Positions 1 through 9,438 of a DNA stretch of 64,000 nucleotides are shown here, piece after piece. The translations under genes and the position numbers were made by a program. The first letter of the stretch is position 1; each line of letters starts with the position of its first letter. Origin of the DNA: an uncultured Gemmatimonadaceae bacterium (GTDB lineage: Bacteria; Gemmatimonadota; Gemmatimonadetes; Gemmatimonadales; GWC2-71-9); the NCBI GenBank assembly GCA_964574295.1, contig CAZNLY010000002.1, positions 39,458 to 103,457 of the forward strand. Direction: 5' to 3'. The notes under the pieces are model-generated. The model ran no database searches. It saw only the letters and a program-made list of their open reading frames with translations, and had not been told where the DNA came from.

Positions 1-1303
1 CCGCCCGGGCCTCGCCGTCCTGCCAGGATCGAAACGCGAGCTGATCGACGTCCTTCGCCTCCTGCACGTGGCAGGGGTGCCCTTCGTGGCGCGCGGCGCC
101 GGCACCGGGCTCTCCGGCGGGGCGCTCGCCTCGGGTGATTCCGTGCTCGTGGTCGTGACGCGCCTCAACCGGATTCGTCACCTCGACCCCGTGCGGCGCC
201 GCGCGGTGGTCGAGCCGGGCGTGGTCAACGCCCGGCTCAGCGAGGCCGCCCTGCCCCACGGCCTCCACTACGCCCCCGACCCCTCCAGCCAGGCGGCCTG
301 CACGCTCGGCGGCAACGTGGCGGAGAACGCCGGCGGCCCCCACTGCCTCAAGTACGGCGTCACCACCAACCACGTCGCTGCCCTCGAGGTGCTCCTCCCC
401 GACGCCCGCCTGGTCCGACTCGGCTCCGCCTCCGGCGAGGCGTGGGGCCCCGACCTGGTCGGGCTCTTCGTCGGCAGCGAGGGAATGTTCGGGATCGCCA
501 CGGAGATCACCGTCCGCCTCGAGCCGGTCCCGGCGGGGGTGCGGACCCTGCTCGCCGCCTTCCCGAGCGTGCGCGCGGCGAGCGAGGCCGTGAGCGGCAT
601 CATCGCCGCGGGGATCGTCCCCGCCGCCATGGAAATGATGGACCAGCCCTGCGTGCGCGCGGTGGAGGCGTCGATCTACGCCGCCGGCTACCCCACTGAT
701 GCAGCGGCGGTGCTGCTGGTCGAGGTGGACGGCACCCCCGAGGGCGCGGCGGCCGAGGCCGCCGCCGTCGAGGCGCTGCTCCGGAAGCACGGCGCCACCC
801 TGGTGCGCAGCGCCGAATCGCCGGCGGAGCGCGCCCGCCTCTGGCAGGGCCGGAAGAAGGCCTTCGGCGCGCTGGGGCGGATCGCACCCGACCTCGCGGT
901 GCAGGACGCGGTGGTGCCGAGGAGCGCGCTCCCCGCCATCCTCGACGAGGTGGCCGCCATCGCCGCGCGGCACCGGCTCTCGGTGGCCAACGTCTTTCAC
1001 GCCGGCGACGGCAACCTGCACCCCAACATCAGCTTCGACGCGCGCGACCCCGAGATGGTGGTCCGCGTCGAGGCCGCGAACCGCGACATCATGCACGCCT
1101 GCCTCGCGGCCGGCGGCAGCATCACCGGGGAGCACGGCGTCGGGAGCGACAAGCTGGCCTACATGCCCAAGGCGTTCGACCCGGAGACGCTCGGGGCGAT
1201 GCGGGCGGTGCGCCTGGTGTTCGATCCCGAGTCGCGGGCCAACCCCGGCAAGGTGATCCCCACCCACGCCTGCCGCGAATGGCGGCGGGGACGGGCCGCG
1301 TGA
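1..1303 (+). CDS. glcD: Glycolate oxidase subunit GlcD (FAD-linked oxidase); 5' end lies outside the window
   Basis: The frame is open from base 2 (..AVLPGSKRELIDVLRLLHVAGVPFVARGAGTGLSGGA..). It has an FAD-binding PCMH-type segment followed by an FAD-oxidase C-terminal domain. glcE and glcF follow directly. Confidence 0.9.
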   Translation, partial: RPGLAVLPGSKRELIDVLRLLHVAGVPFVARGAGTGLSGGALASGDSVLVVVTRLNRIRHLDPVRRRAVVEPGVVNARLSEAALPHGLHYAPDPSSQAACTLGGNVAENAGGPHCLKYGVTTNHVAALEVLLPDARLVRLGSASGEAWGPDLVGLFVGSEGMFGIATEITVRLEPVPAGVRTLLAAFPSVRAASEAVSGIIAAGIVPAAMEMMDQPCVRAVEASIYAAGYPTDAAAVLLVEVDGTPEGAAAEAAAVEALLRKHGATLVRSAESPAERARLWQGRKKAFGALGRIAPDLAVQDAVVPRSALPAILDEVAAIAARHRLSVANVFHAGDGNLHPNISFDARDPEMVVRVEAANRDIMHACLAAGGSITGEHGVGSDKLAYMPKAFDPETLGAMRAVRLVFDPESRANPGKVIPTHACREWRRGRAA

Positions 1304-2514
1304 GCGGCGCGCCCCTCGAACGCCTCCGGTCGCTGCTCGGCGGCGCCGCGGTGAGCCGCGACGCCGACGGCGTGCCGCGCGCGGTGCCCGACTCTCCCGA
1401 CGCGGTGGCGGCCACCCTCGGCCTGGCCGCGGAGGCGGGATGGCGGGTGCGGCTCGAGGGCCACGGCACCTGGCTCCCGTCCGACGCCCCCGCCGACCTG
1501 GCCCTCAGCACCCGCGGCCTCGACCGGATCGTGGCCGTCCATCCCGCCGACCTCGTGGCCACCGTCCAGGCGGGGGTGCCCCTCGCCACGCTGCAGCGCC
1601 GGCTGGCCGAGGACGGGATGTGGCTCGCCCTCGATCCGCCCGGCAGGCCCGAGCGCTCGGTGGGCTCCGTTCTCGCCACCGCCACGGCGGGACCGCTCCG
1701 CGCCGGCTACGGCGCAGTGCGCGACCACATCCTCGGGTGCACCGTGGTGGCCGGCGACGGCCGCATCCTCCGGCCCGGCGGGGCGGTGGTCAAGAACGTG
1801 GCGGGGTACGACCTCACAAAGCTGCAGGTCGGCGGGTTCGGCGCCTTCGGCGTGGTGACCGATGTCCACCTCCGGCTCCGCGCCCGACCGGTGGCCGACC
1901 GCACGCTGGTGGCCCGCGGCCAACGCGACGACCTGACCCGGGCCTCCCGCGACCTGATGGAGGCCGGCTTCCGGCCCGCGGCGCTCGAGCTCATGGCGCC
2001 GGCCGTCGCCGCGGAGCCGGCGTGGGTGCTCGCCGCGCGGCTCACCGGATCCGATGCCGCGGTGGACGCCGACCGCCGCCGGCTCGCGGGGGCCGAGGGA
2101 GCGCCGTGGGCCGAGCTCGACGGCGACGCGGCGCACGCCTTCTGGCACCTCGTGACCCACGCCGGCAGCGGCGCGCCGGTCACCCTCCGGCTCGGCGTGC
2201 TGGCGCCCGGGCTCGACGAACTGCTCGACCTCGTCGGCCAGCATCTCGACGAGGGGCTGGTCTGGGCCGGCGCCGCCGAGGGGGGGCTGCGGTGGGCCGG
2301 CGAGGCCTCCGCCGAGGCGATTCAGGTCCTCCGGGGCCTCTGTGCCGCCCGGGAGATTCCCCTCACCCTCGAGCGCGCCCCCTGGGCGCTCCGCGAGGCC
2401 GTCGGGCACTTCGGCGCCTACCGCGAAGGCGTCGGACCGCTCGTGACGCAGCTGCGCGAGGTGTTCGACCCGTCGGGCACCTTCGTCGTGGCGCTCGACG
2501 GCGGCGGCGCATGA
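1279..2514 (+). CDS. glcE: Glycolate oxidase FAD-binding subunit GlcE
   Basis: FAD-binding domain signature (LDRIVAVHPADLVATVQAGVPLATLQRRL.., VVKNVAGYDLTKL). It sits between glcD and glcF. An alternative GTG start at 1300 would give a GTGA overlap with the glcD stop. Confidence 0.85.
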   Translation: MAAGTGRVSGAPLERLRSLLGGAAVSRDADGVPRAVPDSPDAVAATLGLAAEAGWRVRLEGHGTWLPSDAPADLALSTRGLDRIVAVHPADLVATVQAGVPLATLQRRLAEDGMWLALDPPGRPERSVGSVLATATAGPLRAGYGAVRDHILGCTVVAGDGRILRPGGAVVKNVAGYDLTKLQVGGFGAFGVVTDVHLRLRARPVADRTLVARGQRDDLTRASRDLMEAGFRPAALELMAPAVAAEPAWVLAARLTGSDAAVDADRRRLAGAEGAPWAELDGDAAHAFWHLVTHAGSGAPVTLRLGVLAPGLDELLDLVGQHLDEGLVWAGAAEGGLRWAGEASAEAIQVLRGLCAAREIPLTLERAPWALREAVGHFGAYREGVGPLVTQLREVFDPSGTFVVALDGGGA

Positions 2515-3752
2515 CGGGAACGGCGGAGGAGATCCTCGACCCGCTCGCCCCCTGCGTGCACTGCGGGTTCTGCCTGCCCGCCTGCCCGACCTACCTGGCC
2601 ACCGGGGACGAGAACGACAGCCCCCGCGGGCGCATCGTCCTGATGCGGCGGTACGCGAGCGGCGCCATCCCCGCCACCGACCCCGCGCTGCTCCACCACC
2701 TCGATCTCTGCCTCGGCTGCCGCGGCTGCGAGCCCGCGTGCCCCTCGGGCGTCGCCTATGGCGCCGGCCTCGAGGCCACGCGCCACCGGCTCGCCGAGGC
2801 GCGAGGGCTCCCCGCCGCGGCGCGGGCCATCCTGACGGTCTTCTCGACGCCGCTGCTCTGGCGGCCGCTCCTGACGCTCGCCCGCTGGCTGCGCGACACC
2901 GGGGTGCCGCAGGCGCTGGCACCTCGCCGCGGCCGCACGAGCGCGCTCGGCATGCTGGCCGCCACGGCGCCCGCGCGGCGAGCGTCATCCCCGGTCCGGG
3001 CTACGCCGGCCGTGAGGACCCACCGCGGCACCGTCGCGCTCTTCGCCGGCTGCGTGATGGACACCCTCTTTCCCCACGTGCACGCCGCGGCCCGTCGCAC
3101 GCTGACCGCCAACGGGTATGACGTGGTGGAGGTGGCGGCGCAGGGGTGCTGCGGTGCGCTCCACGACCACGCAGGCGATGCCGCCGGCGCGCGCGCCCTC
3201 GCCGAGCGCAACGTGGCGGCCTTCCTCGGCCGGGCCGACTTCATCGCGGTGGACAGCGCCGGCTGCGGCGCGCTCCTCAAGGACTACGGCCGCCTGCTCG
3301 GCGGCCAGGCGGCGGAGGCCGTCGCGGCGCGCGTGCGGGACGTTGCCGAGCTCCTGGCCGAGGCCGGCCCCCGCCCCGGCGGGCCGCTGCCGCTCGACGT
3401 CGCCTACGACGCCCCCTGCCACCTCCAGCATGCCCAGCGCGTGCACGCCGCTCCCCTCGCGGTGCTGGGTGCCATCGAGGGGCTCCGGCTCCGCCAGCTC
3501 CCGGGTGCCGACCGCTGCTGCGGCAGCGCGGGGATCTACTCGCTCCTCGAGCCCGGACTGTCCGGTGACGTGCTCGACGCCAAGCTCGACGCCGTGCGCG
3601 CGGCCGTGCCCCTCCCCGAGGTGATCGCCACCGGCAACCCCGGCTGCCTCATGCAGATCGGCGCAGGCCTCCTCGCCGCCGGCCTCCCGATCCGCGCGGC
3701 GCACCCGGTCGAACTGCTGGACGAGGCCTACCGGGCCGCCGGCCTCTACTAG
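2511..3752 (+). CDS. glcF: Glycolate oxidase iron-sulfur subunit GlcF
   Basis: Starts at an internal ATG of track ORF 1440..3752, forming an ATGA overlap with the glcE stop. Two ferredoxin-type Cys motifs (CVHCGFCLPACP, CLGCRGCEPACP) and C-terminal cysteine-rich CCG-type repeats. Confidence 0.9.
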   Translation: MTGTAEEILDPLAPCVHCGFCLPACPTYLATGDENDSPRGRIVLMRRYASGAIPATDPALLHHLDLCLGCRGCEPACPSGVAYGAGLEATRHRLAEARGLPAAARAILTVFSTPLLWRPLLTLARWLRDTGVPQALAPRRGRTSALGMLAATAPARRASSPVRATPAVRTHRGTVALFAGCVMDTLFPHVHAAARRTLTANGYDVVEVAAQGCCGALHDHAGDAAGARALAERNVAAFLGRADFIAVDSAGCGALLKDYGRLLGGQAAEAVAARVRDVAELLAEAGPRPGGPLPLDVAYDAPCHLQHAQRVHAAPLAVLGAIEGLRLRQLPGADRCCGSAGIYSLLEPGLSGDVLDAKLDAVRAAVPLPEVIATGNPGCLMQIGAGLLAAGLPIRAAHPVELLDEAYRAAGLY

Positions 3753-3761
3753 CTTTCGGCC

Positions 3762-4739
3762 ATGCTGGCCGCCTCCCTCCCCTCCTTCGAGCACCTGCAT
3801 CGCCTGCGCGCCGGCGCCGTCCACGCCCCCGCCGGGGTGGCCGTCTTCCGCGTGGCCGGCCCGGGCGCCATCGCCTGCCTCCAGGGGCTCTGGACCAACG
3901 ACATCGAGAAGCCCGGCAACGCGGCCGTGGCCTACGGCGCCGTGCTCACCCCGAAGGGCATGCTGATCGCCGACGGCTGGCTGCTCCGTCAGGGGGATTC
4001 CGCGCTCCTCGTGGTGCCTGCCTCCACGCGGGAGCCGGTGTCCCAGCTGCTCCGGCGTTCCCTCCCCCCGCGCCTGGCCGCCGTCTCCGACGAGAGCGAT
4101 GCGCTCGAGGCCGCCGTCCTCCTCGGCGACGCCGCGCTCGACCTCTGGCCCGTCGTGCCGCTCGGACGGCTTCCGGAGCCCGGCACCTGCCTCTCCAGCG
4201 AGATGGCGGGCGCCTCGTTCGTTGTCGCGGTCCCGACGATTGGCCCCTTTGCGGCGATGGTCCTGGCCGCTCCGGAGGCGATGCGCACCGTGACCGGAGT
4301 GCTGGACGCGGCACGCATGGCCCGAGGCGCCGAGGCGGACCGCGACGCCGCGCGCATCCTGGCGGGGTGGCCGGCGGTCGGCGCCGAGATCGACGACCGC
4401 ACCCTGCCCCAGGAGGTCCGCTTCGACGAGCACCTGGGCGTGTCGTACACCAAGGGCTGCTACACCGGCCAGGAGACGGTGGCGCGCCTCCATTTCCGCG
4501 GGCACGCCAACCGCGCCCTGGTCGGCCTCCGGTGGGTCGGGCCGTACATCGAGGGCAGCGAGGTCACGGCCGGCGGCAAGGTGATGGGGCGCGTGGGATC
4601 GGTGCTGACGCTGCCCGACCGGGTGCTGGCGACGGCGCTCCTCCGTCGCGAGCTCCGGCCCGGGCACCACGTGACCGTGGCGGGCGCGGCCGCGGTGGTG
4701 ACCGACCTTCCGTTCGGCGCCGCCGAGGTGGAGGGGTGA
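3762..4739 (+). CDS. ygfZ: Folate-binding YgfZ/GcvT-like protein (Fe-S cluster maintenance family)
   Basis: Carries the signature YTKGCYTGQETVARLHFRG (KGCYxGQE motif) and an aminomethyltransferase-like N-terminal fold pattern. Confidence 0.8.
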   Translation: MLAASLPSFEHLHRLRAGAVHAPAGVAVFRVAGPGAIACLQGLWTNDIEKPGNAAVAYGAVLTPKGMLIADGWLLRQGDSALLVVPASTREPVSQLLRRSLPPRLAAVSDESDALEAAVLLGDAALDLWPVVPLGRLPEPGTCLSSEMAGASFVVAVPTIGPFAAMVLAAPEAMRTVTGVLDAARMARGAEADRDAARILAGWPAVGAEIDDRTLPQEVRFDEHLGVSYTKGCYTGQETVARLHFRGHANRALVGLRWVGPYIEGSEVTAGGKVMGRVGSVLTLPDRVLATALLRRELRPGHHVTVAGAAAVVTDLPFGAAEVEG

Positions 4740-5728
4740 GGGTCTTCGTCACCGGCGGCACCGGACTCGTCGGTTCGGAGGTGGTGCGGCTGCTGGTGGC
4801 GCGCGGGGCGTCGGTGGAGGCGCTGGTGCGCGACGAGCTCGGCGCAGCCCGCCTCCGCGCCCTCGGTGCGGCGCCGGCCTTCGGCGCGGTGGAGGATCCG
4901 CGCACCTGGGACGCCGTTGGCCCCACGGACGGCATCGTGCACGCGGCCGCGATCGTGGCGGCCCGCCTTCCCTGGCAGCGCTTCTACCAGGTCAACGTGG
5001 AGGGCACCCGCCTCGCCGCCGCCGCGGCGCGCCGCCTCGGCGCCCGGCTGGTGCACATCTCGTCGGTGGCGGTGTACGGCCGCCAGGCGTACGACGAGCC
5101 TCCCTTCAGCCGCCGAGAGGACGCCCCCTTCGGCCCGCTCGAGGAGCACGACTACTACGCCCGGAGCAAGCGGCTGGCGGAGGAGGCGGTGCGCGCCGAG
5201 TTCACCCGCGGGCTCGCGGCGGTCATGCTCCGCCCCTGCGTGGTGTATGGACCCGGGGACCGGCTCTTCCTGCCCCGGCTGGCGCGGCTGGCCCGGCACG
5301 GCTGGGTTCCACGGGTGGGTGCCGGCACCCTGCCGCTCGCGCTCGTACACGCGGAGAGCGTGGCGGACGCCGCCCTGCGCGCGCTGGAACTGCCAGCTGC
5401 CGTGGGGCGGATCTACAACGTCACCTGCGACGGCCCCGTCGCTCACCTCCAGTTGGTGCGCGGGCTGGCGGTCGGGGTGGGACGCCCGCTGCGGAGCGTC
5501 CCCGTTCCCGAGGGAGCGGCGCTGGCGCTGGCAGGGGCCGCACAGCTGCTCCTCCGGGTGATCGGCCCCGGGCTCTACCCGGGCACGCTGACGGGCGCGG
5601 TGCGGTTCTGGCGCGGCGGGAATCCCTATGCCGTCGAGCGGGTGCGGGAGGAACTGGCCTGGAACCCGGCGGTGAACCACGAGGAACGCATCGCCGCGTT
5701 GGTGCGGGAGTTCGGCACCGCGCACTGA
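4736..5728 (+). CDS. NAD-dependent epimerase/dehydratase family protein
   Basis: Starts at GTG residue 124 of track ORF 4367..5728, forming a GTGA overlap with the ygfZ stop. Rossmann motif VFVTGGTGLVGSEVV and YxxxK motif (YYARSKRLAEE). Confidence 0.85.
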   Translation: MRVFVTGGTGLVGSEVVRLLVARGASVEALVRDELGAARLRALGAAPAFGAVEDPRTWDAVGPTDGIVHAAAIVAARLPWQRFYQVNVEGTRLAAAAARRLGARLVHISSVAVYGRQAYDEPPFSRREDAPFGPLEEHDYYARSKRLAEEAVRAEFTRGLAAVMLRPCVVYGPGDRLFLPRLARLARHGWVPRVGAGTLPLALVHAESVADAALRALELPAAVGRIYNVTCDGPVAHLQLVRGLAVGVGRPLRSVPVPEGAALALAGAAQLLLRVIGPGLYPGTLTGAVRFWRGGNPYAVERVREELAWNPAVNHEERIAALVREFGTAH

Positions 5729-5748
5729 CTTCGCGGTCCCGGAAGCGC

Positions 5749-5782
5749 AGAGGCCCCGCGGCGGCTGCCGCGGGGCCTCTGT
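5749..5782. terminator. GC-rich perfect hairpin between convergent genes (putative bidirectional terminator)
   Basis: CAGAGGCCCCGCGGC-ggct-GCCGCGGGGCCTCTG, an approximately 15-bp stem. There is no clear U-tract. Confidence 0.55.
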
Positions 5783-5802
5783 CGTCCGTGCACCGCCCGA
5801 GC

Positions 5803-5997
5803 CTACATCTGCTTGGCGGTGTCCCGGGCCATCGTGGTGTCCGCGGGCGCGGCAGCGGCCGAGTCGGTCGTCTGCGCGGCGGTGGTGTCCACGGCGGGGG
5901 CGGCGGCCGTGGTGTCCGCGGCCGGGGTGGCGGCCGGCTTCTCGCCGCCACAGGCGGCCAGGGCAACCAGGGTGGCCACGGCGAACAGCTTCTTCAT
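5803..5997 (-). CDS. Small Ala/Thr/Pro-rich lipoprotein
   Basis: Starts at an internal ATG of ORF 5803..6120. MKKLFAVATLVALAACGG gives a signal peptide plus a lipobox (LAAC). 64 aa. Confidence 0.6.
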   Translation of the reverse strand: MKKLFAVATLVALAACGGEKPAATPAADTTAAAPAVDTTAAQTTDSAAAAPADTTMARDTAKQM

Positions 5998-6094
5998 GGG
6001 TGTCTCTCTCTCGACGACGGTTTGGGGGTCGGTGCCGTGGCCAGGCCAGGGCGAACACAAGGGCGCGCGGAACATAAGCGCTCCTTCATGGGGG

Positions 6095-6745
6095 TCAAGT
6101 TCCGGCCTGTCGCCCCCCACTCCCCCATCCCAGCCGCCGTGCCCGGTCCACGATCACCTCGCCGGCTCCGTCGTAGCCCAGCAGGGCGGAGTTGACGACC
6201 AGGTGGAAGTGCGTCGGGTCGGCCCAATCCCGGTCATAGTACTCCCGGTGATACCGCTTCCGGTTGCGGTCCGTGTCGTCCATCAGCCGCTCCGCGGCGG
6301 CCGGGTCCAGGGAGTGCCGCGCCATCACCGTGCGGATCCGCTCGGCGCGGGGCGCCACCACCCGGACGTGAATGGCGTCCTCCTTGCGGCCCAGGACCGC
6401 CGGCGCGGCCCGCCCCACCAGCACCACCCGGCCCTCCCGCGCCAGGTCCGCCACCACCCCCTCCGTCACCCGGACGAGCGCCGCCTCCTCGACTTCCGCC
6501 GGCGGCGACGCCTGGGCGGGCGCAAAGAGATCGGGCGCGGCGCGGCTGAGCGCTCGCAGGAGCCACTCGCGGAACCCGGGAGCGCGCTCGTCGCGAGCCG
6601 CCACGGTGGCCTCCGGCACCCCGGCGCGCGCCGCGACCCGGGCAATGAAGTCGTTGTCGACGAGGCGCCAGCCCAGGGCGTGCGCCGCGTGGGCGGCCAC
6701 CCGCGACCCTCCGGCGCCGAACTCCCGCGATATCGTGATCAGCAT
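6095..6745 (-). CDS. Cytidylate kinase-like family protein (P-loop)
   Basis: Starts at an internal ATG. MLITISREFGAGGSRVAAHAA matches the N-terminus typical of the cytidylate-kinase-like (AAA_18/Cytidylate_kin2) family. Confidence 0.8.
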   Translation of the reverse strand: MLITISREFGAGGSRVAAHAAHALGWRLVDNDFIARVAARAGVPEATVAARDERAPGFREWLLRALSRAAPDLFAPAQASPPAEVEEAALVRVTEGVVADLAREGRVVLVGRAAPAVLGRKEDAIHVRVVAPRAERIRTVMARHSLDPAAAERLMDDTDRNRKRYHREYYDRDWADPTHFHLVVNSALLGYDGAGEVIVDRARRLGWGSGGRQAGT

Positions 6746-6770
6746 CGCCCTGCCTCCCCCGGATTCCCGG

Positions 6771-7994
6771 TCAGCCGATGCCGCGGCGCTGCCGCCGCTC
6801 GTTCTGCCAGGCGGTGAGTGCCGCCACCACGCACACGCCGCCCCCCAGCGCCAGCGACGCACGCACCCCGAAGTGCTCCGAGATCCACCCCGCCTGCAGC
6901 GCGCCGAGCGGGGCCATGCCGACCACCATGAAGGAGTAGAAGCCCATGACCCGTCCGCGGAGGTGATCGGGCGCCTTGGTCTGCAGCAGCGTGTTGGTCA
7001 GGATGCCGGTCAGCGCCCAGGTGCACCCCGCCACCACGAGCAGCGCCAGCGCGGCGAGGAACTGCCCCGCCAGGCTGACCGCCACCAGCATGGCCCCGAA
7101 GAGGGCGGCGAACGCGAAGACGCGTCCTTCGCGGTGCACCCGGTGGCCCATGGCGGCCACGAAGAGCGCCGCCGCCGCGGCGCCCACACCCACCCCCGCC
7201 ATCAGCGCGCCGTACCCCTTGGCACCGGCGCCGAGGACCGTGCTGGCATAGACCGGGAGCATCGGCGCGAACGAGAAGCCGAACACGCTCAGGGTGATGG
7301 TCAGCAGCGTCAGGAGGCGCGGTTCCGGCGTATCGAAGATGTAGCGCCAGCCGTCCCGGAAGGTGGACTGGCCGGCGGGCGCCGATCCCCCCGCGAACGG
7401 CGGCCGCATGATGGCCAGCATCCACAGCACCGCCAGGTAGCTCGCGGCGTTGAGGAAGAAGCAGGCCGCGGTGCCCACCCCCGCGATGAGCAACCCCGCC
7501 AGCGCCGGCCCGATGACCCGCGTCACGTTGAACACCGTCGAGTTCAGCGCGATCGCCGTCATCAGGTCGTCGCGCCCGGCCATCTCGCCGAGGAACGACT
7601 GCCGGGCGGGGATCTCGAAGGCGCTGAACGTGCCCTGTGCGAACGCCAGCAGCATGACGAGCGGCGCGGTGACCAGGCCGGTCGCGGTCAGGATGGCGAG
7701 CGCCAGCGCCTCGACGAGCATGAGCGCCTGCAGGAGGAGGATGAACCGCCGCTTGTTGACGCGGTCGGCCACCACGCCGCCGTAGAGGGTAAAGGCCAGG
7801 ACCGGAAGCGTCCCCGCGGTGGTGACGAGCCCCACCTGCAGCGGGGAATTGGTGAGCTGGAGGACCAGCCACCCCTGGGCCACCGTCTGCATCCAGGTGC
7901 CGGTGAGGGAGACGAACTGGCCGGCCAGGAAGAGCCGGAAGTTCCGGTGGCGAAGGGCGCCGAAAGCGGGCCGGCTGGCGGCCGCGGCCGTCAC
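6771..7994 (-). CDS. MFS transporter (EntS/DUF894-like)
   Basis: About 12 hydrophobic segments. The N-terminus FRLFLAGQFVSLTGTWMQTVAQGWLVL is typical of the MFS_3 family. Confidence 0.9.
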   Translation of the reverse strand: MTAAAASRPAFGALRHRNFRLFLAGQFVSLTGTWMQTVAQGWLVLQLTNSPLQVGLVTTAGTLPVLAFTLYGGVVADRVNKRRFILLLQALMLVEALALAILTATGLVTAPLVMLLAFAQGTFSAFEIPARQSFLGEMAGRDDLMTAIALNSTVFNVTRVIGPALAGLLIAGVGTAACFFLNAASYLAVLWMLAIMRPPFAGGSAPAGQSTFRDGWRYIFDTPEPRLLTLLTITLSVFGFSFAPMLPVYASTVLGAGAKGYGALMAGVGVGAAAAALFVAAMGHRVHREGRVFAFAALFGAMLVAVSLAGQFLAALALLVVAGCTWALTGILTNTLLQTKAPDHLRGRVMGFYSFMVVGMAPLGALQAGWISEHFGVRASLALGGGVCVVAALTAWQNERRQRRGIG

Positions 7995-8013
7995 CGCGCC
8001 GGCCCGGGCATCG

Positions 8014-9438
8014 CTACGGGGCCACCTGCTTCACGAGGGCCCCCGCCGGGAGGGTGGCTCCGGTCGCGACGCCATTGATCAGCGCCACCGCCGGCAGGGG
8101 AATGGTGGAGGGATACCGCGTGTTGAACGCGGCCAGCGTCATGGGCCGGGACAGCGTGATGACGTGGATGCGGTCGGGGCGGACGTTGAGCCGGGCCGGA
8201 TCGGTGAGGGGACGGAAGCTCGCGATCCAGGCGCGGATGAGCGGGTCGTACGCCTGCGACTTGTCCGCCGCGGCCAGCCCCATCAGCCGGTAGGTCCGCC
8301 CGCCGTACGAGAGGTAGGTGACCGTGCCATAGAAGAGTCCCTGCTCGAGCCCCACCGTGAAGCGTGCGGAGGCGGCGGGCAGCCCATTTACCGCGGCGCG
8401 CGACGTCGAGGTGGTGGTCACCCCTTCCTGCTGGAGGAAGGCCCGGAGCTGGGCGGCGAGGGAGTCGGTGCCGCCCAGCTGCAGCTGCAGGAGCCCGTCC
8501 TGCGCCTCCGGCAGCCCGGTGACCGCGGAGAAGCCGTTGACCGCCTTCCACGCCGCGGGAAAGGTGACCTGGAACTTGAGGTCGGGGTGGTAGAACGCCT
8601 GGCCGTCGAAGAACCCCTGGCGCGGGTCGTCGCCGTACACCATCCCGTCGAGCTGTCGCAAGTAGGCGCCCTGGTCCAGCGCCAGGGCCGCGTAATCGAC
8701 CTTCGCGCTGTCGAGGAGCCGCTTGGTCTGCGCGTAGCGGTTCTCGGGGAACGGATGCGTGGTGGCCCACGCCGGGAGCCGCTCTCGGCCGCTCGACGAG
8801 TCGACCGCCTGCAGCATGGCGAAGAGGTCCAGCATCGCGTGCGGGTCGTACCCGCCGCGGATGGAGTAGCGGAAGCCAAGCTTGTCGGCCTCGCTCTCGT
8901 CGTCGCGGGAATACTTGAGGAAGAGGAGCCCCAGCCCCGTGGAGACGGCACCGGCGTACTGGGCCAGGTCGGGCCGGAGGACGGTCCCGAGGCCGAGGCC
9001 GAGCTGGGCCAGCTGGGCCCGGCTCATCTGGGTGGCGGAGTGGCGCGCCGTGACGTGCCCGATCTCGTGCCCGAGCACGCCGGCCAGCTCCGCCTCGGAG
9101 CCCATGTGCGTGAGGATGCCCCGGGTGATGAAGATGAACCCCCCGGGGAGGGCAAAGGCGTTGACCTGCGGGTCGTCCACCACCGTGAAGGTCCAGGGCA
9201 GCTGCGGGCGCTCCGACTTGGCCGCCAGCCGCTTGCCGAGGTTCGAGACGTACGCCTGCCACGCCGAGTCCTGGTACGAGCCGATCTGCGCGGCGGTCCG
9301 CTGGGCCTCCTGCATCCCCAGCGCGATCTCCTGGCTCTCGGACACCAGGTTCAGTTCCTTGCGGCCGGTGGCGGGGTTGACCGTGCACCCCGCCATCAGG
9401 GCCATCGACAGCGCCCAGCCGAGCGGCCGCATCGCCAT
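8014..9438 (-). CDS. M48 family zinc metalloprotease, lipoprotein
   Basis: HEIGHVTARH (HExxH) motif and a lipobox leader (LMAGC). Its start overlaps the S46 peptidase stop by 1 nt (TGATG). Confidence 0.9.
   Translation of the reverse strand: MAMRPLGWALSMALMAGCTVNPATGRKELNLVSESQEIALGMQEAQRTAAQIGSYQDSAWQAYVSNLGKRLAAKSERPQLPWTFTVVDDPQVNAFALPGGFIFITRGILTHMGSEAELAGVLGHEIGHVTARHSATQMSRAQLAQLGLGLGTVLRPDLAQYAGAVSTGLGLLFLKYSRDDESEADKLGFRYSIRGGYDPHAMLDLFAMLQAVDSSSGRERLPAWATTHPFPENRYAQTKRLLDSAKVDYAALALDQGAYLRQLDGMVYGDDPRQGFFDGQAFYHPDLKFQVTFPAAWKAVNGFSAVTGLPEAQDGLLQLQLGGTDSLAAQLRAFLQQEGVTTTSTSRAAVNGLPAASARFTVGLEQGLFYGTVTYLSYGGRTYRLMGLAAADKSQAYDPLIRAWIASFRPLTDPARLNVRPDRIHVITLSRPMTLAAFNTRYPSTIPLPAVALINGVATGATLPAGALVKQVAP

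Noticed and set aside
1159-4670. Long minus-strand ORFs (1159..2988, 609 aa; 2985..4670, 561 aa) opposite glcE, glcF and ygfZ.
   Set aside because: They are Arg/Gly/Ala-rich shadow frames with no recognisable domains. The plus-strand genes carry clear family signatures.
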